Part shown: one piece after another, positions 20,058-31,954 of the stretch
How positions within the stretch are numbered: position 1 is the first letter of the stretch
Layout of the letters: each line of letters opens with the position of its first letter
Assembly (NCBI RefSeq): GCF_988242995.1
Contig: NZ_OZ547043.1
Reading direction: 5' to 3' (one strand)
Length of the DNA stretch: 64,000 nucleotides
Position numbers and translations under genes: made by a program
Notes under the pieces: model-generated
The model's database searches: none
Told to the model about the DNA's origin: nothing
What the model saw: the letters and a program-made list of their open reading frames with translations, nothing else

Positions 20058-22694
20058 ATGTCATATCTGAATTTAAGACTTTACCAGCGAAACACACAAT
20101 GCTTGCATATTCGTAAGCATCGTTTGGCTGGTTTTTTTGTCCGACTCGTTGTCGCCTGTGCTTTTGCCGCACAGGCACCTTTGTCATCTGCCGACCTCTA
20201 TTTTAATCCGCGCTTTTTAGCGGATGATCCCCAGGCTGTGGCCGATTTATCGCGTTTTGAAAATGGGCAAGAATTACCGCCAGGGACGTATCGCGTCGAT
20301 ATCTATTTGAATAATGGTTATATGGCAACGCGTGATGTCACATTTAATACGGGCGACAGTGAACAAGGGATTGTTCCCTGCCTGACACGCGCGCAACTCG
20401 CCAGTATGGGGCTGAATACGGCTTCTGTCGCCGGTATGAATCTGCTGGCGGATGATGCCTGTGTGCCATTAACCACAATGGTCCAGGACGCTACTGCGCA
20501 TCTGGATGTTGGTCAGCAGCGACTGAACCTGACGATCCCTCAGGCATTTATGAGTAATCGCGCGCGTGGTTATATTCCTCCTGAGTTATGGGATCCCGGT
20601 ATTAATGCCGGATTGCTCAATTATAATTTCAGCGGAAATAGTGTACAGAATCGGATTGGGGGTAACAGCCATTATGCATATTTAAACCTACAGAGTGGGT
20701 TAAATATTGGTGCGTGGCGTTTACGCGACAATACCACCTGGAGTTATAACAGTAGCGACAGATCATCAGGTAGCAAAAATAAATGGCAGCATATCAATAC
20801 CTGGCTTGAGCGAGACATAATACCGTTACGTTCCCGGCTGACGCTGGGTGATGGTTATACTCAGGGCGATATTTTCGATGGTATTAACTTTCGCGGCGCA
20901 CAATTGGCCTCAGATGACAATATGTTACCCGATAGTCAAAGAGGATTTGCCCCGGTGATCCACGGTATTGCTCGTGGTACTGCACAGGTCACTATTAAAC
21001 AAAATGGGTATGACATTTATAATAGTACGGTGCCACCGGGGCCTTTTACCATCAACGATATCTATGCCGCAGGTAATAGTGGTGACTTGCAGGTAACGAT
21101 CAAAGAGGCTGACGGCAGCACGCAGATTTTTACCGTACCCTATTCGTCAGTCCCGCTTTTGCAACGTGAAGGGCATACTCGTTATTCCATTACGGCAGGA
21201 GAATACCGTAGTGGAAATGCGCAGCAGGAAAAACCCCGCTTTTTCCAGAGTACATTACTCCACGGCCTTCCGGCTGGCTGGACAATATATGGTGGAACGC
21301 AACTGGCGGATCGTTATCGTGCTTTTAATTTCGGTATCGGGAAAAACATGGGGGCACTGGGCGCTCTGTCTGTGGATATGACGCAGGCTAATTCCACACT
21401 TCCCGATGACAGTCAGCATGACGGACAATCGGTGCGTTTTCTCTATAACAAATCGCTCAATGAATCAGGCACGAATATTCAGTTAGTGGGTTACCGTTAT
21501 TCGACCAGCGGATATTTTAATTTCGCTGATACAACATACAGTCGAATGAATGGCTACAACATCGAAACACAGGACGGAGTTATTCAGGTTAAGCCGAAAT
21601 TCACCGACTATTACAACCTCGCTTATAACAAACGCGGGAAATTACAACTCACCGTTACTCAGCAACTCGGGCGCACATCAACACTGTATTTGAGTGGTAG
21701 CCATCAAACTTATTGGGGAACGAGTAATGTCGATGAGCAATTCCAGGCTGGATTAAATACTGCGTTCGAAGATATCAACTGGACGCTCAGCTATAGCCTG
21801 ACGAAAAACGCCTGGCAAAAAGGACGGGATCAGATGTTAGCGCTTAACGTCAATATTCCTTTCAGCCACTGGCTGCGTTCTGACAGTAAATCTCAGTGGC
21901 GACATGCCAGTGCCAGCTACAGCATGTCACACGATCTCAACGGTCGGATGACCAATCTGGCTGGTGTATACGGTACGTTGCTGGAAGACAACAACCTCAG
22001 CTATAGCGTGCAAACCGGCTATGCCGGGGGAGGCGATGGAAATAGCGGAAGTACAGGCTACGCCACGCTGAATTATCGCGGTGGTTACGGCAATGCCAAT
22101 ATCGGTTACAGCCATAGCGATGATATTAAGCAGCTCTATTACGGAGTCAGCGGTGGGGTACTGGCTCATGCCAATGGCGTAACGCTGGGGCAGCCGTTAA
22201 ACGATACGGTGGTGCTTGTTAAAGCGCCTGGCGCAAAAGATGCAAAAGTCGAAAACCAGACGGGGGTGCGTACCGACTGGCGTGGTTATGCCGTGCTGCC
22301 TTATGCCACTGAATATCGGGAAAATAGAGTGGCGCTGGATACCAATACCCTGGCTGATAACGTCGATTTAGATAACGCGGTTGCTAACGTTGTTCCCACT
22401 CGTGGGGCGATCGTGCGAGCAGAGTTTAAAGCGCGCGTTGGGATAAAACTGCTCATGACGCTGACCCACAATAATAAGCCGCTGCCGTTTGGGGCGATGG
22501 TGACATCAGAGAGTAGCCAGAGTAGCGGCATTGTTGCGGATAATGGTCAGGTTTACCTCAGCGGAATGCCTTTAGCGGGAAAAGTTCAGGTGAAATGGGG
22601 AGAAGAGGAAAATGCTCACTGTGTCGCCAATTATCAACTGCCACCAGAGAGTCAGCAGCAGTTATTAACCCAGCTATCAGCTGAATGTCGTTAA
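20058..22694 (+). CDS. fimD: outer-membrane fimbrial usher
   Basis: 878-aa usher-family protein. Confidence 0.95.
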   Translation: MSYLNLRLYQRNTQCLHIRKHRLAGFFVRLVVACAFAAQAPLSSADLYFNPRFLADDPQAVADLSRFENGQELPPGTYRVDIYLNNGYMATRDVTFNTGDSEQGIVPCLTRAQLASMGLNTASVAGMNLLADDACVPLTTMVQDATAHLDVGQQRLNLTIPQAFMSNRARGYIPPELWDPGINAGLLNYNFSGNSVQNRIGGNSHYAYLNLQSGLNIGAWRLRDNTTWSYNSSDRSSGSKNKWQHINTWLERDIIPLRSRLTLGDGYTQGDIFDGINFRGAQLASDDNMLPDSQRGFAPVIHGIARGTAQVTIKQNGYDIYNSTVPPGPFTINDIYAAGNSGDLQVTIKEADGSTQIFTVPYSSVPLLQREGHTRYSITAGEYRSGNAQQEKPRFFQSTLLHGLPAGWTIYGGTQLADRYRAFNFGIGKNMGALGALSVDMTQANSTLPDDSQHDGQSVRFLYNKSLNESGTNIQLVGYRYSTSGYFNFADTTYSRMNGYNIETQDGVIQVKPKFTDYYNLAYNKRGKLQLTVTQQLGRTSTLYLSGSHQTYWGTSNVDEQFQAGLNTAFEDINWTLSYSLTKNAWQKGRDQMLALNVNIPFSHWLRSDSKSQWRHASASYSMSHDLNGRMTNLAGVYGTLLEDNNLSYSVQTGYAGGGDGNSGSTGYATLNYRGGYGNANIGYSHSDDIKQLYYGVSGGVLAHANGVTLGQPLNDTVVLVKAPGAKDAKVENQTGVRTDWRGYAVLPYATEYRENRVALDTNTLADNVDLDNAVANVVPTRGAIVRAEFKARVGIKLLMTLTHNNKPLPFGAMVTSESSQSSGIVADNGQVYLSGMPLAGKVQVKWGEEENAHCVANYQLPPESQQQLLTQLSAECR

Positions 22695-22700
22695 GGGGGC

Positions 22701-23234
22701 GTGATGAGAAACAAACCTTTTTATCTTCTGTGCGCTTTTTTGTGGCTGGCGGTGAGTCACGCTTTGGCTGCGGATAGCACGATTACTATCCGCGGCTATG
22801 TCAGGGATAACGGCTGTAGTGTGGCCGCTGAATCAACCAATTTTACTGTTGATCTGATGGAAAACGCGGCGAAGCAATTTAACAACATTGGCGCGACGAC
22901 TCCTGTTGTTCCATTTCGTATTTTGCTGTCACCCTGTGGTAATGCCGTTTCTGCCGTAAAGGTTGGGTTTACTGGCGTTGCAGATAGCCACAATGCCAAC
23001 CTGCTTGCACTTGAAAATACGGTGTCAGCGGCTTCGGGACTGGGAATACAGCTTCTGAATGAGCAGCAAAATCAAATACCCCTTAATGCTCCATCGTCCG
23101 CGCTTTCGTGGACGACCCTGACGCCGGGTAAACCAAATACGCTGAATTTTTACGCCCGGCTAATGGCGACACAGGTGCCTGTCACTGCGGGGCATATCAA
23201 TGCCACGGCTACCTTCACTCTTGAATATCAGTAA
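22701..23234 (+). CDS. fimF: minor fimbrial subunit FimF
   Basis: 177-aa pilin-like ORF (true start may be 22704). Confidence 0.9.
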   Translation: MMRNKPFYLLCAFLWLAVSHALAADSTITIRGYVRDNGCSVAAESTNFTVDLMENAAKQFNNIGATTPVVPFRILLSPCGNAVSAVKVGFTGVADSHNANLLALENTVSAASGLGIQLLNEQQNQIPLNAPSSALSWTTLTPGKPNTLNFYARLMATQVPVTAGHINATATFTLEYQ

Positions 23235-23240
23235 CTGGAG

Positions 23241-23750
23241 ATGCTCATGAAATGGTGCAAACGTGGGTATGTATTGGCGGCAATATTGGCGCTCGCAAGT
23301 GCGACGATACAGGCAGCCGATGTCACCATCACGGTGAACGGTAAGGTCGTCGCCAAACCGTGTACGGTTTCCACCACCAATGCCACGGTTGATCTCGGCG
23401 ATCTTTATTCTTTCAGTCTTATGTCTGCCGGGGCGGCATCGGCCTGGCATGATGTTGCGCTTGAGTTGACTAATTGTCCGGTGGGAACGTCGAGGGTCAC
23501 TGCCAGCTTCAGCGGGGCAGCCGACAGTACCGGATATTATAAAAACCAGGGGACCGCGCAAAACATCCAGTTAGAGCTACAGGATGACAGTGGCAACACA
23601 TTGAATACTGGCGCAACCAAAACAGTTCAGGTGGATGATTCCTCACAATCAGCGCACTTCCCGTTACAGGTCAGAGCATTGACAGTAAATGGCGGAGCCA
23701 CTCAGGGAACCATTCAGGCAGTGATTAGCATCACCTATACCTACAGCTGA
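23241..23750 (+). CDS. fimG: minor fimbrial subunit FimG
   Basis: 169-aa pilin-like ORF. Confidence 0.9.
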   Translation: MLMKWCKRGYVLAAILALASATIQAADVTITVNGKVVAKPCTVSTTNATVDLGDLYSFSLMSAGAASAWHDVALELTNCPVGTSRVTASFSGAADSTGYYKNQGTAQNIQLELQDDSGNTLNTGATKTVQVDDSSQSAHFPLQVRALTVNGGATQGTIQAVISITYTYS

Positions 23751-23760
23751 ACCCGAAGAG

Positions 23761-24672
23761 ATGATTGTAATGAAACGAGTTATTACCCTGTTTGCTGTAC
23801 TGCTGATGGGCTGGTCGGTAAATGCCTGGTCATTCGCCTGTAAAACCGCCAATGGTACCGCTATCCCTATTGGCGGTGGCAGCGCCAATGTTTATGTAAA
23901 CCTTGCGCCCGTCGTGAATGTGGGGCAAAACCTGGTCGTGGATCTTTCGACGCAAATCTTTTGCCATAACGATTATCCGGAAACCATTACAGACTATGTC
24001 ACACTGCAACGAGGCTCGGCTTATGGCGGCGTGTTATCTAATTTTTCCGGGACCGTAAAATATAGTGGCAGTAGCTATCCATTTCCTACCACCAGCGAAA
24101 CGCCGCGCGTTGTTTATAATTCGAGAACGGATAAGCCGTGGCCGGTGGCGCTTTATTTGACGCCTGTGAGCAGTGCGGGCGGGGTGGCGATTAAAGCTGG
24201 CTCATTAATTGCCGTGCTTATTTTGCGACAGACCAACAACTATAACAGCGATGATTTCCAGTTTGTGTGGAATATTTACGCCAATAATGATGTGGTGGTG
24301 CCTACTGGCGGCTGCGATGTTTCTGCTCGTGATGTCACCGTTACTCTGCCGGACTACCCTGGTTCAGTGCCAATTCCTCTTACCGTTTATTGTGCGAAAA
24401 GCCAAAACCTGGGGTATTACCTCTCCGGCACAACCGCAGATGCGGGCAACTCGATTTTCACCAATACCGCGTCGTTTTCACCTGCACAGGGCGTCGGCGT
24501 ACAGTTGACGCGCAACGGTACGATTATTCCAGCGAATAACACGGTATCGTTAGGAGCAGTAGGGACTTCGGCGGTGAGTCTGGGATTAACGGCAAATTAT
24601 GCACGTACCGGAGGGCAGGTGACTGCAGGGAATGTGCAATCGATTATTGGCGTGACTTTTGTTTATCAATAA
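23761..24672 (+). CDS. fimH: mannose-binding fimbrial adhesin
   Basis: 303-aa ORF (start may be 23770); lectin domain followed by pilin domain ending VTFVYQ. Confidence 0.95.
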   Translation: MIVMKRVITLFAVLLMGWSVNAWSFACKTANGTAIPIGGGSANVYVNLAPVVNVGQNLVVDLSTQIFCHNDYPETITDYVTLQRGSAYGGVLSNFSGTVKYSGSSYPFPTTSETPRVVYNSRTDKPWPVALYLTPVSSAGGVAIKAGSLIAVLILRQTNNYNSDDFQFVWNIYANNDVVVPTGGCDVSARDVTVTLPDYPGSVPIPLTVYCAKSQNLGYYLSGTTADAGNSIFTNTASFSPAQGVGVQLTRNGTIIPANNTVSLGAVGTSAVSLGLTANYARTGGQVTAGNVQSIIGVTFVYQ

Positions 24673-24744
24673 AGAAATCACAGGACATTGCTAATGCTGG
24701 TACGCAATATTACCTGAAGCTAAAAACCTGCACGTTAGCCCTTT

Positions 24745-24850
24745 GTAGGCCAGATAAGACGCGTCAGCGTCGCATCTGGCATAAACAAAGCGCACTTTGC
24801 TGGTCTGTTCCCCTCACCCTAACCCTCTCCCCGGAGGGGCGAGGGGACTG
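24745..24850. repeat. REP-like palindromic units and a GC-rich palindrome in the fimH-gntP intergenic region
   Basis: gtaggccagataagacgcgtcagcgtcgcatctggc and ctccccggaggggcgagggga palindromes. Confidence 0.4.
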
Positions 24851-24914
24851 TCCGGGCACATTTTTAGACTTTGTCATCAGTCTGAGCCTGCCATTGGCAG
24901 GCTCTGGTGTCCTT

Positions 24915-26258
24915 TTACGCTACCATGCTAATAATCAGCACAATAATCAGCCCAACCACAGAGTTGACCAGCTCCAGCAGACCCCAGGTTTTCAACGTGT
25001 CTTTTACTGACAGGTCAAAGTAACCTTTGAACAACCAGAAAGATGCATCGTTAATGTGGGTGAGGGTGTTGGAACCCGCAGCCGTCGCCAGTACCAGCAG
25101 CGCCGGATTCACGCCAACCAGCTGACCAGTTGCTGGATCTAGGATTGCAGCACTGATAATCCCGGCGGCGGTCATCGCCGAAACGACACCCTGACCCGTC
25201 GCCAGACGAATTAGCACAGTGATCAGCCATGCCATGATGTAGGGCGAGATATTGCCGTGGGACATCAACATGCCGATGGTGTCGCCAATGCCGGTGTCGA
25301 TGATGGTCTGCTTCAGCACGCCACCCGCACCGATGATCAGAATCACCATTGCAATACTCTTCACCGCGCTTTCAAAAGCGTTCATCACCCACTGCATGTC
25401 ATGACCACGTGCGGTGCCAAAGAGTACGAATGCAACCACCATCGCAATAAACATTGCAATCGGCGAGGAACCGATAAAGTTAACCACTTCCCAGGCAGGG
25501 GTATCTTTTACCAGCCAGATATTGGCGATGGTGGTAGAGATCATAATGATCGCCGGGATCAGCGGCACCAGAATCGAAACGCCGAAAGAGGGCAGATTAT
25601 TCATATCTACCGGTTGATCTGCTTTCAGGAATGATGGCGTTGGGCGCTCAAGATTGCCGAGGAACTTCGGCAGGATCAGACCTGCGCAGATTACACTTGG
25701 GATCGTCACCAGTACGCCATAGATATAAACCATCCCCATATCCGCGCCATAAGCATTCACCAGCGCCACCGGACCCGGCTGCGGTGGGAACAGTGAATGT
25801 GCGGTAGTGGCAGCTGCTACTGCCGGGATCGCCAGTTTCAGGAACGGAATTTTAGCTTCGGCGGCAATAACAATAACCAGCGGCGCTAACATGATAAAGG
25901 CCACTTCATAGAACATCGCCAGACCAAAAATCAGGCCGATGATAATCACCGACAGCTGTACATAGCGCAGACCGAGACGCGCCAGCAGCGTATGCGCTAT
26001 CTGGTGAGCCGCGCCGGAGTCGACCATCAATTTACCGATGACCGCACCGAACACCACGATGATAGCCAGTTCCCCCAGCGTGTTGCCGAAGCCCGCTTTC
26101 ATAGTGTGCAGCAGCGACATCAAATCCATGCCCGCCAGCATCCCGACGGACAGCGCCGCCACCAACAAAGCCACCATTGAATTGATTTTGAACTTCAAAT
26201 TCAGTACCAGCATCAGACCAATGCCGAATACCACCCAGAGAATGTTAAGCACATGCAT
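24915..26258 (-). CDS. gntP: GntP-family gluconate/fructuronate transporter
   Basis: 447-aa polytopic membrane protein; divergent from uxuA. Confidence 0.9.
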
Positions 26259-26597
26259 AACGTTTTACCTTACCTGGTTGAACCGTTGTTATTTTGGGCG
26301 ATATGTTATGTAAATTGGTCAACCATTGTTGCGATGAATGTCACATCCTCTGATCAATAACCATCGATTACCCTTTGCTGCAATTTGCAGCAACAACCAT
26401 GAGAGTGAAATTCTTGTGATGTGGTTAACCAATTTCAGAATTCGGGTTGACATGTCTTACCAAAAGGTAGAACTTATACGCCATCTCATCCGATGCAACG
26501 CCACGGCTGCGGTCTGGTTGTTCATCCGGATACCTAAACAACTCCAGGGTTCCGCGTCTCTTTGCTGTGGAACCCACTATGTGAAAGAGGAAAAATC

Positions 26598-27782
26598 ATG
26601 GAACAGACCTGGCGCTGGTACGGCCCAAACGATCCGGTTTCTTTAGCTGATGTCCGTCAGGCGGGCGCAACTGGCGTGGTTACCGCGCTGCACCATATCC
26701 CGAACGGCGAAGTATGGTCCGTTGAAGAGATCCTCAAACGCAAGGCGATCATTGAAGACGCAGGCCTGGTGTGGTCTGTCGTAGAAAGCGTGCCAATTCA
26801 CGAAGATATCAAAACCCACACTGGCAACTATGAGCAGTGGATCGCTAACTATCAGCAGACTCTGCGCAACCTGGCGCAGTGTGGCATTCGCACCGTGTGC
26901 TACAACTTCATGCCGGTGCTCGACTGGACCCGTACTGACCTCGAATACGTGCTGCCAGACGGCTCCAAAGCTCTGCGCTTCGACCAGATCGAATTCGCTG
27001 CATTCGAAATGCATATCCTGAAACGCCCAGGCGCGGAAGCGGATTACACCGAAGAAGAAATTGCTCAGGCAGCTGAACGCTTCGCCACTATGAGCGATGA
27101 AGACAAAGCGCGTCTGACCCGTAACATCATTGCTGGTCTTCCGGGCGCGGAAGAAGGCTACACCCTCGACCAGTTCCGTAAACACCTGGAGCTGTACAAA
27201 GATATCGACAAAGCGAAGCTGCGCGAAAACTTTGCCGTCTTCCTGAAAGCGATTATTCCAGTTGCTGAAGAAGTCGGCGTGCGTATGGCTGTTCACCCGG
27301 ACGATCCGCCGCGCCCGATCCTCGGCCTGCCGCGCATTGTTTCCACCATTGAAGATATGCAGTGGATGGTTGATACCGTAAACAGCATGGCAAACGGTTT
27401 TACCATGTGCACCGGTTCCTACGGCGTGCGTGCTGACAACGATCTGGTTGATATGATCAAGCAGTTCGGTCCGCGTATTTACTTCACCCATCTGCGCTCC
27501 ACCATGCGTGAAGATAACCCGAAAACCTTCCACGAAGCGGCGCACCTGAACGGTGACGTTGATATGTACGAAGTGGTGAAAGCGATTGTTGAAGAAGAAC
27601 ACCGTCGTAAAGCGGAAGGCAAAGAAGACCTGATCCCGATGCGTCCGGACCACGGTCATCAGATGCTGGACGACCTGAAGAAGAAAACCAACCCAGGTTA
27701 CTCCGCAATTGGTCGTCTGAAAGGCCTGGCCGAAGTTCGCGGTGTCGAACTGGCGATCCAGCGCGCTTTCTTTAGCCGTTAA
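26598..27782 (+). CDS. uxuA: mannonate dehydratase
   Basis: ATG at 26598 ([16 protein letters not shown]...), 394 aa. Confidence 0.95.
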   Translation: MEQTWRWYGPNDPVSLADVRQAGATGVVTALHHIPNGEVWSVEEILKRKAIIEDAGLVWSVVESVPIHEDIKTHTGNYEQWIANYQQTLRNLAQCGIRTVCYNFMPVLDWTRTDLEYVLPDGSKALRFDQIEFAAFEMHILKRPGAEADYTEEEIAQAAERFATMSDEDKARLTRNIIAGLPGAEEGYTLDQFRKHLELYKDIDKAKLRENFAVFLKAIIPVAEEVGVRMAVHPDDPPRPILGLPRIVSTIEDMQWMVDTVNSMANGFTMCTGSYGVRADNDLVDMIKQFGPRIYFTHLRSTMREDNPKTFHEAAHLNGDVDMYEVVKAIVEEEHRRKAEGKEDLIPMRPDHGHQMLDDLKKKTNPGYSAIGRLKGLAEVRGVELAIQRAFFSR

Positions 27783-27862
27783 TATCCACCGGCATGGCTG
27801 CGCGCCGTGCCGGTTCCTTCTTCCTTGCCGTCACTCTTTGAAGACGGATTCTGGAGTTTACG

Positions 27863-29323
27863 ATGACTACTATTGTTGACAGCAATCTGCCGGTTGCCCG
27901 CCCGTCATGGGATCATTCTCGTCTGGAATCACGCATTGTGCATCTCGGTTGCGGGGCGTTTCACCGCGCGCACCAGGCGCTGTATACCCATCATCTGCTG
28001 GAAAGCACCGACAGCGACTGGGGCATCTGCGAAGTTAACCTGATGCCAGGCAACGACCGCGTGCTGATCGAAAACCTGAAAAAACAGCAACTGCTGTACA
28101 CCGTAGCGGAAAAAGGCGCAGAGAGCACCGAGCTGAAAATTATCGGTTCGATGAAAGAAGCGCTGCATCCGGAAATCGATGGCTGCGAAGGTATTCTCAA
28201 CGCGATGGCGCGTCCGCAAACGGCGATTGTCTCTCTAACGGTCACGGAAAAAGGCTACTGCGCTGATGCGGCAAGCGGTCAACTGGATCTCAATAACCCG
28301 CTGATCAAGCACGATCTGGAAAACCCGACTGCGCCGAAGTCCGCGATTGGTTACATCGTCGAAGCGTTGCGTCTGCGTCGTGAAAAAGGGTTGAAAGCGT
28401 TTACGGTGATGTCCTGCGATAACGTGCGTGAAAACGGTCATGTGGCGAAGGTCGCGGTACTGGGGCTGGCTCAGGCGCGTGACCCGCAGCTGGCGGCATG
28501 GATTGAAGAAAATGTCACCTTCCCGTGCACCATGGTTGACCGCATCGTTCCGGCGGCGACGCCAGAAACCATACAGGAAATTGCTGACCAGCTGGGTGTT
28601 TACGACCCGTGCGCCATTGCCTGCGAACCGTTCCGTCAGTGGGTGATTGAAGATAACTTCGTTAATGGTCGCCCGGATTGGGATAAAGTGGGCGCACAGT
28701 TCGTTGCAGACGTTGTGCCGTTCGAAATGATGAAGCTGCGTATGCTGAACGGCAGCCACTCTTTTCTGGCGTACCTCGGTTACCTCGGCGGCTATGAAAC
28801 CATTGCCGACACCGTGACTAACCCGGCTTATCGCAAAGCGGCCTTTGCCCTGATGATGCAGGAACAAGCGCCAACGCTGTCGATGCCGGAAGGTACAGAC
28901 CTGAACGCCTATGCGACGCTGCTGATCGAGCGTTTCAGCAACCCGTCTCTGCGTCACCGTACCTGGCAGATTGCGATGGACGGCAGCCAGAAGTTACCGC
29001 AGCGTCTGCTGGACCCGGTGCGTCTGCACCTGCAAAACGGCGGCAGCTGGCGTCACCTGGCGCTGGGCGTGGCTGGCTGGATGCGTTACACCCAGGGCGT
29101 GGATGAGCAGGGTAATGCCATTGACGTGGTCGACCCGATGCTGGCGGAGTTCCAGAAGATCAACGCGCAGTATCAGGGCGCAGACCGCGTGAAAGCGCTG
29201 CTGGGCCTGAGCGGTATTTTTGCCGATGATCTGCCGCAGAATGCCGACTTTGTTGGCGCAGTGACGGCGGCATATCAGCAGCTGTGCGAACGCGGTGCGC
29301 GCGAGTGTGTGGCTGCGCTGTAA
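27863..29323 (+). CDS. uxuB: D-mannonate oxidoreductase (fructuronate reductase)
   Basis: 486-aa ORF of the mannitol-dehydrogenase family. Confidence 0.95.
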   Translation: MTTIVDSNLPVARPSWDHSRLESRIVHLGCGAFHRAHQALYTHHLLESTDSDWGICEVNLMPGNDRVLIENLKKQQLLYTVAEKGAESTELKIIGSMKEALHPEIDGCEGILNAMARPQTAIVSLTVTEKGYCADAASGQLDLNNPLIKHDLENPTAPKSAIGYIVEALRLRREKGLKAFTVMSCDNVRENGHVAKVAVLGLAQARDPQLAAWIEENVTFPCTMVDRIVPAATPETIQEIADQLGVYDPCAIACEPFRQWVIEDNFVNGRPDWDKVGAQFVADVVPFEMMKLRMLNGSHSFLAYLGYLGGYETIADTVTNPAYRKAAFALMMQEQAPTLSMPEGTDLNAYATLLIERFSNPSLRHRTWQIAMDGSQKLPQRLLDPVRLHLQNGGSWRHLALGVAGWMRYTQGVDEQGNAIDVVDPMLAEFQKINAQYQGADRVKALLGLSGIFADDLPQNADFVGAVTAAYQQLCERGARECVAAL

Positions 29324-29347
29324 CTAACTGATTACCCTACAGACTTA

Positions 29348-29392
29348 CTGGTCAATCAAACTGATATTTGGTTGACCAGTTTTCGTTTTTTT
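29348..29392 (+). terminator. rho-independent terminator after uxuB
   Basis: Hairpin ctggtcaa...ttgaccag followed by ttttcgttttttt. Confidence 0.6.
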
Positions 29393-29460
29393 GCCCACCT
29401 GTACGTGCCAACTTCCAGTGCTAATGGTATAGTTTGAGATTAACGGGGGCCGTAAAATTG

Positions 29461-29510
29461 CCCGTTGTAGGCCGGATAAGGCGTTCACGCCGCATCCGGC
29501 AAAAATTTGA
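29461..29510. repeat. REP element
   Basis: cccgttgtaggccggataaggcgttcacgccgcatccggc, a canonical enterobacterial REP palindrome. Confidence 0.55.
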
Positions 29511-29537
29511 TTAACCGCACCTAACGGACACAACACC

Positions 29538-30311
29538 ATGAAATCTGCCACCTCTGCGCAAAGACCTTACCAGGAAGTCGGGGCGATGATCCGCGATCTG
29601 ATCATAAAGACGCCGTACAATCCTGGCGAACGGCTGCCGCCGGAGCGTGAAATTGCAGAAATGCTTGATGTCACGCGGACGGTGGTACGTGAAGCGCTGA
29701 TCATGCTGGAGATCAAAGGGCTGGTGGAAGTACGCCGGGGTGCCGGTATCTATGTTCTTGATAACTCAGGCAGCCAGAACACAGACAGTCCGGATGCCAA
29801 CGTCTGCAACGATGCCGGTCCTTTTGAGCTGTTACAGGCGCGGCAGTTATTGGAGAGCAACATCGCCGAGTTTGCCGCTTTGCAGGCTACCCGCGAAGAT
29901 ATCGTCAAAATGCGTCAGGCATTGCAACTGGAAGAGCGTGAACTGGCTTCCAGTGCGCCGGGCAGCAGCGAAAGCGGTGACATGCAGTTCCATCTCGCTA
30001 TTGCCGAAGCAACGCATAACAGCATGCTGGTGGAGCTGTTCCGTCAGTCCTGGCAGTGGCGGGAAAACAATCCAATGTGGATCCAGTTGCACAGCCATCT
30101 GGATGACAGCCTGTATCGCAAAGAGTGGTTGGGCGATCACAAACAGATCCTCGCCGCGTTAATCAAAAAAGATGCCCGAGCGGCGAAGCTGGCAATGTGG
30201 CAGCATCTGGAAAACGTTAAGCAACGTCTGCTGGAATTCTCGAACGTTGACGATATTTATTTTGATGGCTATCTGTTTGATTCATGGCCGCTGGATAAAG
30301 TCGACGCCTGA
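29538..30311 (+). CDS. uxuR: GntR/FadR-family repressor of hexuronate genes
   Basis: 257-aa ORF with N-terminal GntR HTH. Confidence 0.95.
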   Translation: MKSATSAQRPYQEVGAMIRDLIIKTPYNPGERLPPEREIAEMLDVTRTVVREALIMLEIKGLVEVRRGAGIYVLDNSGSQNTDSPDANVCNDAGPFELLQARQLLESNIAEFAALQATREDIVKMRQALQLEERELASSAPGSSESGDMQFHLAIAEATHNSMLVELFRQSWQWRENNPMWIQLHSHLDDSLYRKEWLGDHKQILAALIKKDARAAKLAMWQHLENVKQRLLEFSNVDDIYFDGYLFDSWPLDKVDA

Positions 30312-30451
30312 CTTATTATAATAAGCGCAAGGGTAAACGTTCCTTGCGCTTTCTTAAATTAAGAAGTCGCAATGAGTATTACTTTGTAAATTGCAGGGTA
30401 TTGTTTAGCTATCTGTATAACCTGAATGTTAGTACTCATTCTTCCTGGTAG

Positions 30452-31282
30452 TTATTTACCAATATAATTCCATTCACCATTTTTTAATTCAAACAGTTCT
30501 GGAAGAGATGACGGTTGCAGAGTCATACGTTTGAGTGGTGCATTTTCATCACCCGGGATAACTTTATATCCCATTTTTGCATGGATCTCCGCGGTACCGG
30601 GATAGGCTTCTATACCAATTATTGGGTCATTACCCAACTCAATATTAGCATTAAGTAATGCGGCAAGGGCGAATCCGGAAGAATTTGCTACCCCTGTTAC
30701 CGTCATTATCTGATCAATATAGATATCAATCCTTGGCTGCTCATTGGTCCATCTTTTTGCCTGAGAAGCTGGAAGGGTTGAAATATATCCTATCGTGGTT
30801 CCGGCATAACCAGGAACATTGCAACCAGGGCCTAATGTTATTTCATGAACTGTATAGTCCTCAACAGGATCGAAAGGGCTCTTCATAAATAAATTTAGCC
30901 GTAAACCTTCTGCTAACTCTGTGGTAGCATGCGCCTTTTTACATATGCCACCATATATTTCGTCTAAAGCTGAGGTGATTTTCAAGTTCCGATAGAGCAT
31001 ACGTCCTGTTGTTGTAATACCATCGGATTCTCTGCATGCTCCTGTCACATAATTAAATGGCCAAGGCTCTTTACTAATATCAAGTTTTCTAATTTCGACA
31101 ACGCTTTTTCCATCGTAATTATGGTTATTGCCACGAGTAAGAGGCGGAAGATAGATGTTTTCCGAATCCATGCGTGCATATTTTAATTTACGTGTAAACT
31201 CACTGTCGACTATTGGGTGATGAAGGAAGTGAGCATCTGTAATAATTTGACTCTGAAGGGCATTGCTTAATGGCATAGACAT
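30452..31282 (-). CDS. yjiC: uncharacterised protein YjiC
   Basis: 276-aa ORF in the expected position; no motif recognised. Confidence 0.75.
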   Translation of the reverse strand: MSMPLSNALQSQIITDAHFLHHPIVDSEFTRKLKYARMDSENIYLPPLTRGNNHNYDGKSVVEIRKLDISKEPWPFNYVTGACRESDGITTTGRMLYRNLKITSALDEIYGGICKKAHATTELAEGLRLNLFMKSPFDPVEDYTVHEITLGPGCNVPGYAGTTIGYISTLPASQAKRWTNEQPRIDIYIDQIMTVTGVANSSGFALAALLNANIELGNDPIIGIEAYPGTAEIHAKMGYKVIPGDENAPLKRMTLQPSSLPELFELKNGEWNYIGK

Positions 31283-31954
31283 AATAGTTACCTTTTATGA
31301 GTATTTCACTGATGTTTAGAAAAATAGATAAATTTTTCTGTAGTAAAAAGAGAAGTAAACAAATGACATGCATGTTTCTGTTGTAGTGATATCAACTCTA
31401 CACGGTGATATTAAAGGGTAGGAAACACTCTAAAGTATCAAAAAACGCTCATTTAAAATTACTTGCATGCAATTTAAAAGCATATCTTATTACTAATTGG
31501 AATTTGATGTTGCTATATTGAGGTCTATATTAATAATGCCTGTGAATGGTATTTTTGATGTATTTGATATGTTATCAATTTATATTATTTACAAACTAAT
31601 TGTTTCAAATAATACATGGCTGATTATGCGGAAATAAATAATTTCCCACCGGAATTAAGTAGCAGCGGTGACAAGTATTTTCATCTACGTAACTATTCGG
31701 AATATTCAGAATATACTAGCGGTTTTTTTTTGAGTTTGATGATTTTTATCAAATCATGACTTTTTTCCTGAAAAGTCAGTAGATATTCATAGGCAAGTAA
31801 GGTTTTATACTTTGCTGACAGGATTCAGGCCTGTCTCAGACTGACATGGATGTAATGAACAAAAGGGAATGGCTATGGAAAATGAGCATCAATACAGTGG
31901 TGCCCGGTGTTCAGGGCAAGCCGCATATGTTGCTAAACGTCAGGAGTGCGCAAA

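Noticed and set aside
24884-24905. Hairpin gagcctgcc-attg-ggcaggctc as terminator of gntP or fimH
   Set aside because: Perfect 9-bp stem, but the U-tract is weak and it is hard to assign to either convergent gene; left unannotated.
26643-27659. 338-aa ORF on the minus strand
   Set aside because: Lies entirely antisense within uxuA; a shadow ORF in a codon-biased gene with no RBS or family resemblance.
28235-28957. 240-aa ORF on the minus strand
   Set aside because: Antisense within uxuB; Arg/His-rich low-complexity translation typical of a shadow frame.
31726-31737. Poly-T tract (9 T) as a possible slipped-strand phase-variation site
   Set aside because: Intergenic, short, and not inside a coding region or between promoter -35/-10 elements that I can identify.
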